NCBI GenBank assembly: GCA_039679545.1
Contig: JBDKUT010000163.1
Location: forward strand, 1-64,000
Source: Thermotogota bacterium
GTDB lineage: Bacteria; Bipolaricaulota; Bipolaricaulia; UBA7950; UBA9294
Length of the DNA stretch: 64,000 nucleotides
Direction: 5' to 3'
Under the pieces are notes generated by a model that made no database searches, was not told the origin of the DNA, and was given only the letters and a program-made list of their open reading frames with translations. Both the position numbers and the translations under genes were made by a program. Shown here piece by piece: positions 10,308-19,182 of this stretch (its first letter is position 1; every line of letters starts with the position of its first letter).

Positions 10308-10397
10308 GAGTTGAGAGTACCCGGAGATCCAACGTGGACTGCGCGCTTCTCTTGCGCGGGCTAGGCTGGTATTCTTCGCATAGGAGGTGCGAAGGTA

Positions 10398-10856
10398 ATG
10401 ACGACACAGAGTAGAGGACCTTTTCTTCAGGCGGCTCTGCTGTGTGAACGAGCGCTCCGTGAGAAGGATGATGTCCTAAGCATCATCCGCATTGTCGATC
10501 GTTGGCATGTGGGTATGCCTCCAAGAAAGCCAGAAGATCCTCCCTACGCGGCAACCATTCCGGCAACTGGCGTCATCATGCTAAAATCGGGCGATTATAA
10601 GGGCAAGAAGATGCTCGGCCTGAAGATTGTCGCCCCGGATGGCGTGGTCAGCGACTTGGCGGGCATGCCCCTTCTCTTTGAAGGCGACGAGCGTGGAGTG
10701 AATGTGGTGATGACCGTAAACATCCAAGCGCAGAAAGAAGGTCTGTACTGGATAGATGTCTACCTCGATGATGACTTGCAGACCCGTATCGCGTTTCGGA
10801 TTATGTTCGAGTACGTCATCACTTCTAGCGGCGCATCTGAACAGCAACGACCATAG
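10398..10856 (+). CDS. IS passenger protein 1, DUF6941-like (predicted beta-sandwich)
   Basis: AGGAGG RBS. The AALLCE..D..LSIIRIVD and EGLYWIDVYLD pattern is recalled from the DUF6941 family; not searched. Confidence 0.7.
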   Translation: MTTQSRGPFLQAALLCERALREKDDVLSIIRIVDRWHVGMPPRKPEDPPYAATIPATGVIMLKSGDYKGKKMLGLKIVAPDGVVSDLAGMPLLFEGDERGVNVVMTVNIQAQKEGLYWIDVYLDDDLQTRIAFRIMFEYVITSSGASEQQRP

Positions 10857-11133
10857 TCGTGGACGCTGTTCTGGTGACTGGATTCTGTGGGACCAACTCA
10901 ACCACCTCGGAAGCCAGCGCCGATAGCCTCGCGCGAAGGCGGTCCTCATCAATTGCTCCAGCGCTGTGCTCAACTAAAGCGTGCTGTATCTCTGCGAACA
11001 ACCGAGGAGTTGCATCGCTACAGAATGCGTCCTCGACAAGGATGGGCATGAACCGCTTTACGAATGCACGAAGAGACAGTTCTCTAAGCAGATACCGAAT
11101 CAGCAGCGACCTGGCCTCCAGAGTCATAGCCAT
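10825..11133 (-). CDS. IS passenger protein 2, small helical protein with a colicin-D-immunity-like pattern
   Basis: C-terminal 102 aa of ORF 10825..11616 (MAMTLEARSLLIRYLLRELSLRAFVKRF...AIDEDRLRARLSAL) reads as amphipathic helices. Its 3' end overlaps passenger 1. Confidence 0.55.
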   Translation of the reverse strand: MAMTLEARSLLIRYLLRELSLRAFVKRFMPILVEDAFCSDATPRLFAEIQHALVEHSAGAIDEDRLRARLSALASEVVELVPQNPVTRTASTTMVVAVQMRR

Positions 11134-11571
11134 ATGATAGCCATTATGGTCGCAGGGCGGCCGTGTCACAAGTGGAGCAGTGACAGAGAACTCAGGCGCA
11201 GATTCGAGCGATATGGTTATCTGGCCGCATATCGACGAGAGGAGTTCGATATTGACGTACAGGAATCGACTCCTTTCACCGGCCCCAGTACGGACGATCG
11301 AGCCGGAACTCTCAGCCAGACGGCGTGGCTTAGAGCGCGACCCGGTCACCAGAAGGTCGCCCTGATCCATCGTTACGTCCGGCAGGACGGCACATTGGCC
11401 GCTTCCGGGAAGCCGGACCCCAAGATCGTGGTTTGCGATGGGGTCGCCTACTGTTGGAAAGCGTGGCGAGGAAACCCAGCAAAGACAATGCGCTTTCTCG
11501 CAGACTGGTTCTCGATCTACACACCAACTGCTGTATTCATGCACCAGGTCGCCATCCCCTGCTCCGGCTGA
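11134..11571 (+). CDS. IS passenger protein 3, unknown function, with an HxYxxxDGxxxxSGxPDPK motif
   Basis: Protein-like part of ORF 10981..11571 (ELRRRFERYGY...VALIHRYVRQDGTLAASGKPDPKIVVCDGVAY). Start at 11134 or 11146. Ends 46 bp before the right TIR. Confidence 0.55.
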   Translation: MIAIMVAGRPCHKWSSDRELRRRFERYGYLAAYRREEFDIDVQESTPFTGPSTDDRAGTLSQTAWLRARPGHQKVALIHRYVRQDGTLAASGKPDPKIVVCDGVAYCWKAWRGNPAKTMRFLADWFSIYTPTAVFMHQVAIPCSG

Positions 11572-11616
11572 TCGCTTTGCGAGGAACTTCCCAAGGGGCA
11601 CTCTTCCTGTCCTCAT

Positions 11617-11639
11617 CCTAACTCACCCCGATAAACGCC
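11617..11639 (-). repeat. Right terminal inverted repeat of the IS1595 element (TSD AGTTTAAC at 11640-11647)
   Basis: Direct sequence comparison with 9385-9407. Confidence 0.93.
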
Positions 11640-11702
11640 AGTTTAACTGGCACAATAGGCGCAGTTACCCTACAATTGGTCTATGCCAAGGCGGTGATTG
11701 GT

Positions 11703-13193
11703 ATGACCGTCATCGAACACAAAGGAGAGGGCGGGCCGCTTCACGCACAGATCGCCAGTTCCCTCCGGGCGCGGATCGAGCAGGGCGAGCTGGCGGGCGG
11801 TGAGCGACTCCCGACAACCCGCGACCTGGCGAAGGACCTCGGCGTCAGCCGCAGCACCGTGGTCCGCGCCTACGAGCAGCTGGCTCGCGAGGGCCGCGTC
11901 GAAGGACGAGTCGGAATGGGAACCGTCGTTCGATCCTCCCCTTCGCCGTCCTCCGAGGATCGCGTGAACTGGAATCTCCTCCTCACGCCCAGGGTGCAGG
12001 AACCGGACTCCGAGTACCGGCAGGTCCTTCGGATGCTGTCGCAGACGGACATCTTGTCCTTCGCCGGCGGCCTCCCCTCCCCCGAGTTCTTCCCGGGCGA
12101 CTCCTTCCAGCAACTGGCCGACGGGGTGCTGCGCCAGCAGGGGACGAAGCTCTTGCAGTGGTGCCCGATCGAGGGATACCCGCCCCTGCGGAGCTGGATC
12201 GCGGATCGAATCGGCTGCCCGATGGAGAACGTGATGGTCTTGTCGGGGTCCACGCAGGGAATCCACCTCCTCGCCCAGGCGTTCCTCGAGCCGGGGGACA
12301 CGGTTCTGGTCGAGGCTCCGACGTACGCCGGAGCCATCCAGGCGTTCCGCGGTGCCGGCGCGCGCCTCGTGTCCATCCCTTCAGGCGCCGACGGCATCGA
12401 CCTCGAGCGGCTGGACGCGACCCTCGACCGGGTGCGCCCGAAGTTCCTGTACGTGATCCCGACGTACCACAATCCAACCGGAGGGAGCCTCCCCTTTGCG
12501 AAGCGAGAGGCCCTCTTGATGCTGGCCGCGCGCCGCGGCCTCGCCATCGTCGAAGACGATCCCTACTCCACGCTGCGCTACGATGGCCCACCGCTCCCAA
12601 GCCTGCACTCTCTCGATCGAAACGGATGCGTAATCTACCTCTCCACGTTCTCGAAGTCCGTCTTCCCCGGGCTCCGGATCGGCTGGCTGGCTGCCCCGAC
12701 CAGGCTCCTGCCACGACTTGTGAGCCTGCGGAACGTGATCGACCTGTTTACGAACAGCCTCGCCCAAGGGAGCCTGTACGAGTTCTGCAAACGCGGGATG
12801 TTCGACGCCCACCTGCAGCGGGTGCGCGACGAGTACCGCGTGCGGCGGGACGCGATGGCTGCGGCCCTGCGTCGCTACGCCCCGGACGTCTCGTTCGACG
12901 TTCCGCACGGTGGCCTCTTCATCTGGACGAAGATCCCGAACGAGATCGACGCCCGTCGCCTGCTCGAGGAGGCCATCGAGCTGCACCTCGGGTTCATCAT
13001 CGGCTCGCTCTTCTACGCCGAGCCGGAGGGGCGAGACCGCATTCGTCTCTCGTTCGCTTGCCATCCTCCCGACGCCATCGCCGACGGGATGCGGCGCCTC
13101 GGTCTCGCGCTGCAGCGTTCGCTTTCCTCCGGCGCCGCCGCCTCGGCCGATAGGAAGACCCACGAGCCGGCCGTCGCGAGCGTCGTCGTCTAG
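11703..13193 (+). CDS. MocR/GabR-family transcriptional regulator (GntR wHTH plus PLP aminotransferase domain)
   Basis: RLPTTRDLAKDLGVSRSTVVRAYEQL HTH, HNPTG, IVEDDPY and STFSKSVFPGLRIGW. Confidence 0.92.
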   Translation: MTVIEHKGEGGPLHAQIASSLRARIEQGELAGGERLPTTRDLAKDLGVSRSTVVRAYEQLAREGRVEGRVGMGTVVRSSPSPSSEDRVNWNLLLTPRVQEPDSEYRQVLRMLSQTDILSFAGGLPSPEFFPGDSFQQLADGVLRQQGTKLLQWCPIEGYPPLRSWIADRIGCPMENVMVLSGSTQGIHLLAQAFLEPGDTVLVEAPTYAGAIQAFRGAGARLVSIPSGADGIDLERLDATLDRVRPKFLYVIPTYHNPTGGSLPFAKREALLMLAARRGLAIVEDDPYSTLRYDGPPLPSLHSLDRNGCVIYLSTFSKSVFPGLRIGWLAAPTRLLPRLVSLRNVIDLFTNSLAQGSLYEFCKRGMFDAHLQRVRDEYRVRRDAMAAALRRYAPDVSFDVPHGGLFIWTKIPNEIDARRLLEEAIELHLGFIIGSLFYAEPEGRDRIRLSFACHPPDAIADGMRRLGLALQRSLSSGAAASADRKTHEPAVASVVV

Positions 13194-13208
13194 GTCTAAA
13201 GGAGGGCC

Positions 13209-14132
13209 ATGCAGATCCAAAGCCGCCATGCGTACTTCGAGGGTCGAATCGTGTCGATCGAGAACGCCAAGGTCAGCATTATGACGGCGGCGCTCAACTA
13301 CGGGTTGGCTGTGTTCGAGGGGATCCGCGCCTACTGGGATCGTGCTCAGGAACGACTTCTCGTCTTCCGCCTCGCCGACCACCTCGACCGCTTCTGGCAG
13401 AACGGGCGAATCCTCTTCATGGAGCCGCCCGTGTCCCGAGAGGTCCTCACGGACGCAATGGCCGAGCTGCTACGCCACGAGGCGTTCCGTGGCGACGTCT
13501 ACCTGCGACCGCTCTTGTACAAGTCGACCTGCGAGATCGGCCCGCGCGTCCACGATAGCGGCTGCGATGTGTCAATCTTCGCGACGCCCCTCGACCGGTA
13601 CGTGAACACCCAGGACGGCATCGCCGCGATCGTCTCCTCTTGGCGCCGCGTGGGGGACGCGGCAATTCCCCCGCGGGGGAAGATCTCAGGGTCGTACGTG
13701 ACCGCCGCGCTGTCGAAGTCGGAGGCCCTCCTCGCCGGGGTTGACGAAGCGCTCCTGTTAAACGAGAGCGGCTCCGTCTCGGAAGGGACTGTGTCCAACC
13801 TCTTCATCGTCCGCGACGGGGTCCTGATCACACCTCCGATCTCCGCGGGAATCCTCGAGGGAATCACGCGACGCACGGTCCTCACCCTCGCCAGCGAACT
13901 CGGAATCGAGGTCGCAGAGCGAGCCGTCCTGCGATCGGAGCTGTACGCCGCCGATGAGGTCATGCTGACGGGAACCGCCACGGAGCTGGCGCCGGTCGTC
14001 GAGGTGGACCGGCGGCCCGTCGGAGACCGGACGCCGGGGCCGATTGTCCGTCGCCTCGCGAAGGCGTTTGACGACGTCGCGCACGGACGCTCGGATCGCC
14101 ACACAGACTGGTGCACCCCCGTCTCGCTCTAG
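13209..14132 (+). CDS. ilvE: Branched-chain amino acid aminotransferase (class IV)
   Basis: ALNYGLAVFEGIRAY, K(PLP)ISGSY, SEGTVSNLF, ILEGITRRTV and LTGTATE. AAGGAGG RBS. Confidence 0.85.
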   Translation: MQIQSRHAYFEGRIVSIENAKVSIMTAALNYGLAVFEGIRAYWDRAQERLLVFRLADHLDRFWQNGRILFMEPPVSREVLTDAMAELLRHEAFRGDVYLRPLLYKSTCEIGPRVHDSGCDVSIFATPLDRYVNTQDGIAAIVSSWRRVGDAAIPPRGKISGSYVTAALSKSEALLAGVDEALLLNESGSVSEGTVSNLFIVRDGVLITPPISAGILEGITRRTVLTLASELGIEVAERAVLRSELYAADEVMLTGTATELAPVVEVDRRPVGDRTPGPIVRRLAKAFDDVAHGRSDRHTDWCTPVSL

Positions 14133-14162
14133 ACACTGCCGAGGGCGGCCGGCGCGCCGGTC

Positions 14163-15350
14163 CTACGTGGACGCACGAGCGATCGCGGTCCACGACGCCC
14201 GTTCGTAGAGGGACTGAAGCATGGCCACGATCTCACCAGCGTCCGCGTCGGGCGGAAGGACGAGGCGGCGCATCGGGATCGGCTCGCCTACGTAGAACCG
14301 GATCGGCTCCCGGAGAAGGGGCACGTGGCGTCTCCTGCGGAGGAGTCGATACACCCTACGGTTCGACGAACCGGCCTCGCGTACGGGAACGAGCAGCGCG
14401 TCGGATGCGCGCAGGGCGGCGATGAGCCGACCGAGCCCCGGATACCACCGCCCGTTTTCTCGCCCTCCGTTCGGGAAGATGGCGAGCGCTCCCCCGGCGA
14501 GCACGTGCCGGACTCCCTCGGCAAGCGCCGCGCGGTTGGCGCGCCGCGCCTCTTCCTCGTCGATCAGACCATCCACTTGCCGGAGAGCCGAGAGGGACAA
14601 GGTGTGGGCCGGGCTGGCGAGGCCGCGCCGCTGCGCCGACACGAGGTGGGTCGGCTCGAGCGGAAGGACGTACGGAGCCATGCTCGGAACGAGCGTCGTT
14701 ACATACCGGTGAGCTAGGATCCGGAGGTCGTTTCGATCGAGAGCGGCAGCGAGCAGAAACGGAGTCAGCATTGACGGGTGGTTCCCGAACACGAGGAGCG
14801 GCGCCCGCTGTAGCGACGCACGAGCCGCCTCGAGCATGGGGATCTCCCACCAGTCGGGAAGCCGGGAGAGAAGAGACAACGCAGCGTCCGGCAAGCTCTC
14901 GCGGCACAGCGCTCCCTCCAGTTCGGACCCAAGGTGGAGGAGCGCCGCCATCGGGCAGACACGCTCGATGGCCGAGGATACCCGTCGGTACGCCGCCGAT
15001 CGCTCGGCAGTGCGCAGGTGCTCCTCGCGGATCGCAGGGAGTCCCCCACGCCGATATGCACAGCGTAGGCGCGAAAGCGTCCGCCGCAGCCCCCGGCCGC
15101 GCGGGTCGCTCCAGACTCCAGGCTTCACTCCGGCTGCCTGCCAGACCGCGCCCCGGCTTGCCAGGAATTCGCACCCAACGTGGGCATCGCCAAGCGACGT
15201 GCCCGCCATGGCGGCAACCTCGGACAGCGTAGCGGTTCCGCCGCTCACGAGGAGAGACGCGAGAGCCCTGCCCTGATCTTCAGGCACCCCAAGGGACTCG
15301 CGAAGGTGGACCGCCAGGTCGCGGCAGTAGATGGGACCCCGTGTGCGCAC
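14163..15350 (-). CDS. Lysophospholipid acyltransferase-like protein with an N-terminal wHTH-like region
   Basis: LLVFGNHPS, LAIFPNGG and LLVPV acyltransferase blocks. N-terminal ATLSEVAAMAGTSLGDAHVGCEFLASRG is HTH-like. Confidence 0.6.
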   Translation of the reverse strand: MRTRGPIYCRDLAVHLRESLGVPEDQGRALASLLVSGGTATLSEVAAMAGTSLGDAHVGCEFLASRGAVWQAAGVKPGVWSDPRGRGLRRTLSRLRCAYRRGGLPAIREEHLRTAERSAAYRRVSSAIERVCPMAALLHLGSELEGALCRESLPDAALSLLSRLPDWWEIPMLEAARASLQRAPLLVFGNHPSMLTPFLLAAALDRNDLRILAHRYVTTLVPSMAPYVLPLEPTHLVSAQRRGLASPAHTLSLSALRQVDGLIDEEEARRANRAALAEGVRHVLAGGALAIFPNGGRENGRWYPGLGRLIAALRASDALLVPVREAGSSNRRVYRLLRRRRHVPLLREPIRFYVGEPIPMRRLVLPPDADAGEIVAMLQSLYERASWTAIARAST

Positions 15351-15353
15351 AGG

Positions 15354-15857
15354 CTACTCCGCATGCCGGCGCTCAAGATCGGCGATGAGATCCGGACTCT
15401 CCTTCTCCCATCGAGCGATGAACTCAGGCATCTGCTCGATGATAAACTGAGAGAAGGCCGCCATTTCGATAAGAGGGCGCTTTGCTTCAAGCGGCTGCCC
15501 TCGCAGGAGATCGAGGCCGCGCTTCGCCATCTCCAGGTGATCGCTGAAGTTGGCTCGCTGATCGAGGTACAGCCGCGCCCACAGGTTCCGTTTGAGGCTG
15601 AAGTAGCGTCGGCGGTCTCTCGGCTGAGTGGTCTTCTCGATGATTCCCAGCTGCAGAAGGTCCTTCATTGCCATGCTGATTGCTCCTCGACTCACCTGAA
15701 GCTCCGTCGCCAGGTCGTCGATCGTGCGCTCGGCCGATGGGGAGACAAGCAAGAGCCCCATCACCCGCCCAGCCATCGCGGACGACCGGTGCTCCACCGC
15801 CATGTGCTCGCCAAACGCGGCAGCGAACTCCCTTGCCTTTCGATTCGACTGCTCCAT
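15354..15857 (-). CDS. GbsR/MarR-family transcriptional regulator
   Basis: AGRVMGLLLVS..TIDDLATELQVSRGAISMAMKDLLQLGII...RDRRRYF. GGAGG RBS. Confidence 0.88.
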   Translation of the reverse strand: MEQSNRKAREFAAAFGEHMAVEHRSSAMAGRVMGLLLVSPSAERTIDDLATELQVSRGAISMAMKDLLQLGIIEKTTQPRDRRRYFSLKRNLWARLYLDQRANFSDHLEMAKRGLDLLRGQPLEAKRPLIEMAAFSQFIIEQMPEFIARWEKESPDLIADLERRHAE

Positions 15858-15882
15858 GACACCACCTCCGGAGTCACGAAGC

Positions 15883-15925
15883 ATAATAGCAGCTATATCT
15901 GTCATGTCAAACATTTATGAAAGAT
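15883..15925 (-). promoter_or_regulatory. Promoter and inverted-repeat operator of the GbsR-like gene
   Basis: Minus-strand TTGACA (15905-15910)-16 bp-TATTAT (15883-15888), overlapped by the inverted repeat ATCTGTCAT-N11-ATGAAAGAT (15897-15925). Confidence 0.65.
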
Positions 15926-16120
15926 CCGACTCATACTGATAATCTGGCACGGCCTCCTGGCGGAAGTCGCCTCGTTTGCTCCGGAACTCTCACAGACGGG
16001 TACTCCTTGACGCCCCTCCGATGAGCGCTCCTTGGCGACCCGTCGTAGGTCACCCTTTGACGTTCCCTCAGGAACGGGCATACTCGACGACAGGTTCCAA
16101 GAAGACGTCGAGGAGGACGT

Positions 16121-17998
16121 ATGACGAGATGGGTTCTCTGTCTGCTGGCGATCGCCGCCCTGTTCGGGCTAGTCTTCCTGGAGCAGACACCCGTAACCAA
16201 GACAGCAACGGCTCCGGCGGCAAAGCCCTCCGTGGCGCAGGCGCCCGCTCCGGCTCCGGCGGCCTCTCCTGCGCCCAAGCCCCAGCCGGCCGCTGCGGCC
16301 TCCGCCAATCCGTGGAAGGGCATGTCACTCCAGCAGTTCCTCACGGAAGCCGACAAGTCCCTCATCCTCCTGTCGCCGGAGACCATCACCTTCTACGGAC
16401 TCGCCGAGCAGTTCGGCGTGCGCAACAACCACCTCGACCCGATGACGGTGGAAGCGGAAGAGGCCTACTACGCCCAGTACCAGAAGATCGCCGACCAGCT
16501 CGCGACGTACGACCTATCCAAGGTCAGTTCGACCGAACGGACGAACGCGCAGATCTACGCCTGGCACGTCAAAGACGCTCTTTCCTCGAAGGAGTTCGCC
16601 AACAACGGCTATCTCGTCAGCTCGTACATGGACAGCTATCCGACGTACATCGAGTGGTTTATGACGAGCATGCACCCGCTCGCGACGCTCGCCGATGCGG
16701 AGGATTATGTCTCGCGGCTGTCGGAGATCCCGGTCCGCTTCGAAGAGGTCGAGAAGCGCCTGTGGTTGAGCCAAGAGCTGAATGCCGTTCCGCCCCGCTT
16801 TATGCTGCGGAAGGCCGTCGAGCAGCTCCGCCTCGTCGCGGAGACGGAGCCGGCCGAGACGAGCTACTACGTGACCCTCGACGAGGCGTTCGCCTCGATG
16901 GCCGGAGTTCGCAAAGAAGACCAGGATGAGGTCCTGGAGCAGGCGCAGGAAGCGCTTGAGACGTACGTCCTGCCGGCGTACGAAGACCTCGCCGACTACG
17001 TCGAGGAGATGGCGACGCGCGCGTCCGAGGACGCTGGCGTGTGGAAGCAGAAGAACGGAGCCGCGTACTACGGGCACCTCCTCAAGAGCTACACAACGAC
17101 AACCCTCTCCGCCGACGAGATTTTCAATTTAGGGCAGGAGGAAGTGGCCCGCATCCAAGCGGAGATCCAGACAGCCTCCGTGGCCCTCGGCTTCGCCCCC
17201 GGGCTCTCCATGCCCGAGCTCTTCGGACAACTCGAGAAAAAGACGGGATCGAGCCTCGGCGAGGACACGATCCGACGTTTCCAGGTGCTCCTCGATGACA
17301 TCGGTCCGCGGATCGCGTCAGCGTTTGTCCGCGTGCCCACGGGGAAGATCGAAGTCACGGACGGCGGAAGCGACACCTACTTCTCTCCGGGCACCCCGGA
17401 CGGCTCACGGCCCGGCATGTTCTTCGCCCCGACCCAGACTCCCCAGCCGATCTACGAACTTCCGACCGTTGCGTACCATGAGGGAATTCCCGGACACGGC
17501 TTCCAGGCCGCGTACGCTTACGGCGCCGAGATCCCTCCCTACCTCTTGGGTCTCAGCTTCACCGCCTACTCTGAAGGCTGGGCGCTCTACGCCGAGCGCC
17601 TGGCGTGGGAACTCGGCGTCTACGCTGACAACCCGAACGCGAACCTCGGGCGCCTGCAAGATGAGCTCTTCCGCGCCGTGCGGCTCGTCGTCGACCCCGG
17701 AATCCACGCCAAGCGGTGGACGTACGAGCAGGCGGTCGAGTACATGATCGAGAACACCGGACTCAGCGAGGACTACGTCCGGGCCGAGGTCGAGCGGTAC
17801 ATCGTCTCGCCGGCGCAGGCCGTGACGTACAAGGTCGGGATGCTGAAGATGCTCGAGCTGCGCGCCCGCGCCGAGGAGAAGCTTGGGTCGGCGTTCAAGC
17901 TCGCCGAGTTCCACGACGTCGTCCTCGGACACGGAGAGCTGCCGCTCGACATCCTCGACGAACTCGTCAACGAGTACATCGCGCAACACGGCTCGTAG
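16121..17998 (+). CDS. DUF885-family secreted protein (putative metallopeptidase)
   Basis: Signal/TM segment and Pro/Ala linker, AYHEGIPGHG, TAYSEGWALYAE, RAVRLVVD and EVERYI..PAQA..YKVG. Confidence 0.9.
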   Translation: MTRWVLCLLAIAALFGLVFLEQTPVTKTATAPAAKPSVAQAPAPAPAASPAPKPQPAAAASANPWKGMSLQQFLTEADKSLILLSPETITFYGLAEQFGVRNNHLDPMTVEAEEAYYAQYQKIADQLATYDLSKVSSTERTNAQIYAWHVKDALSSKEFANNGYLVSSYMDSYPTYIEWFMTSMHPLATLADAEDYVSRLSEIPVRFEEVEKRLWLSQELNAVPPRFMLRKAVEQLRLVAETEPAETSYYVTLDEAFASMAGVRKEDQDEVLEQAQEALETYVLPAYEDLADYVEEMATRASEDAGVWKQKNGAAYYGHLLKSYTTTTLSADEIFNLGQEEVARIQAEIQTASVALGFAPGLSMPELFGQLEKKTGSSLGEDTIRRFQVLLDDIGPRIASAFVRVPTGKIEVTDGGSDTYFSPGTPDGSRPGMFFAPTQTPQPIYELPTVAYHEGIPGHGFQAAYAYGAEIPPYLLGLSFTAYSEGWALYAERLAWELGVYADNPNANLGRLQDELFRAVRLVVDPGIHAKRWTYEQAVEYMIENTGLSEDYVRAEVERYIVSPAQAVTYKVGMLKMLELRARAEEKLGSAFKLAEFHDVVLGHGELPLDILDELVNEYIAQHGS

Positions 17999-18022
17999 GC
18001 GGGAGGGATTGCTTCCGCGATG

Positions 18023-18056
18023 AGCGGCCCCCACAAGTGGGGCCGCTTTCTTCTTT
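18023..18056 (+). terminator. Rho-independent terminator
   Basis: AGCGGCCCC-CACAAGT-GGGGCCGCT stem-loop followed by TTCTTCTTT. Confidence 0.75.
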
Positions 18057-18142
18057 GCGAACCCAGGGCTCGCTCCGCGCCGCGTCCGGTTGCCCGAGCG
18101 TACGGAGCTTGTATGATGAGTCCATCGAGGAGGCGATAGCCC

Positions 18143-19153
18143 ATGAGGCGTTCCATGCCGCGCACGTCGCTGACCGTGGCCATGCTTCTGGCCGTCGCGC
18201 GCATCGCCGGGAGCCCTGGAACCACCGAACTCGCAGCTCCTCCGCTCGCCGTCGCCCTCCACCACACCCTTGAAGTCTCGCCCGATTGGGTTCACCTCCT
18301 CGCCTTCCTCCCGGGGAATCGGCTCCTTGCCGCAAGCTGGCGCGAGGCCCGAATCTGGGACACGGAGGCGTGGGTCTGCATCGCCCGCCTGGAACGGGAC
18401 GGCGGACCGGGTGGCGTAATCGGAGTCTCGCCGGACGGATCGATTCTTCTTATCCACACGAGCGCGGGCAAGGTCGAAGTCTGGGATGCGGTCAGCCTCG
18501 AACGGCGGTCGACCCTGTGCCCCCTTGAGGGATCCCACCGCCCACGGACTGCCTTCAGCCCTGACGGGCTCCTCGTTGCGATCAAGACGCAGAGCCACGA
18601 CGCCGAAATCTGGGACCTTGCCTCCGGCCGATTGGTGTACGCCCTTCCGGGCGACACGTCGAGCCTGTTCAGTCTCGCGTTCTCTCCCGACGGCCGCCTT
18701 CTGGCCGCAGGAACGGGACGCATCGAAGGCACGGCCAATGCGTGCGTCGTCCGAATCTGGGACGTAGCGACCGGATCCCTGGTTGTCACAGTCCCCGCAC
18801 CCGCCATCGCCAACGCCCTGGATCTCGACTTCGCCCCCGACGGATCGACGCTCACCGCGTCCGGGACCTACGGGATCCTCACGTTCAGCACAGCGACGTG
18901 GGCCCAGATCCAGGACATCGCGGGGCACCGGGCGTGGAGCCACGGCACCGCCATCTCCCCCGACGGGGACCTCCTCGCGAGCGCCGGTGACGAGGGTGGG
19001 GTTCGCTTTTGGAGCCCTGAATCCGGCGTCCTGCTCGCCGAGTTCCCGCTCCCGGACAAGGTGAGCGCCGTCGCCTTCTCGGGCGACGGCACGCTTCTCG
19101 CGTGTGCGGCGAGCAACGGGTCGATCTACATCCTTGGTCTGAGGGGCAGGTAG
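18143..19153 (+). CDS. Secreted WD40-repeat beta-propeller protein
   Basis: Signal peptide and repeated AFSPDG..LA..G...V.IWD units (about 7). Confidence 0.9.
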   Translation: MRRSMPRTSLTVAMLLAVARIAGSPGTTELAAPPLAVALHHTLEVSPDWVHLLAFLPGNRLLAASWREARIWDTEAWVCIARLERDGGPGGVIGVSPDGSILLIHTSAGKVEVWDAVSLERRSTLCPLEGSHRPRTAFSPDGLLVAIKTQSHDAEIWDLASGRLVYALPGDTSSLFSLAFSPDGRLLAAGTGRIEGTANACVVRIWDVATGSLVVTVPAPAIANALDLDFAPDGSTLTASGTYGILTFSTATWAQIQDIAGHRAWSHGTAISPDGDLLASAGDEGGVRFWSPESGVLLAEFPLPDKVSAVAFSGDGTLLACAASNGSIYILGLRGR

Positions 19154-19182
19154 AAACCTCACGCCACGCGTCGGCCTCGACG

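Larger units (their letters stand above)
9385..11639 (+). mobile_element. IS1595-family element with passenger genes (transporter IS), 2255 bp
   Basis: Left TIR GGCGTTTATCGGCTTGACTTAGG (9385-9407) matches the reverse complement of the right end, GGCGTTTATCGGGGTGAGTTAGG (11617-11639), at 20/23. 8-bp direct repeat AGTTTAAC at 9377-9384 and 11640-11647. Visibly lower GC than the flanks. Confidence 0.95.

Noticed and set aside
10308..11616. Possible RNA-guided nuclease (TnpB/IscB-like) or guide array as IS cargo
   Set aside because: No RuvC/HNH motifs, all cargo ORFs are under 160 aa, and no repeat array is visible.
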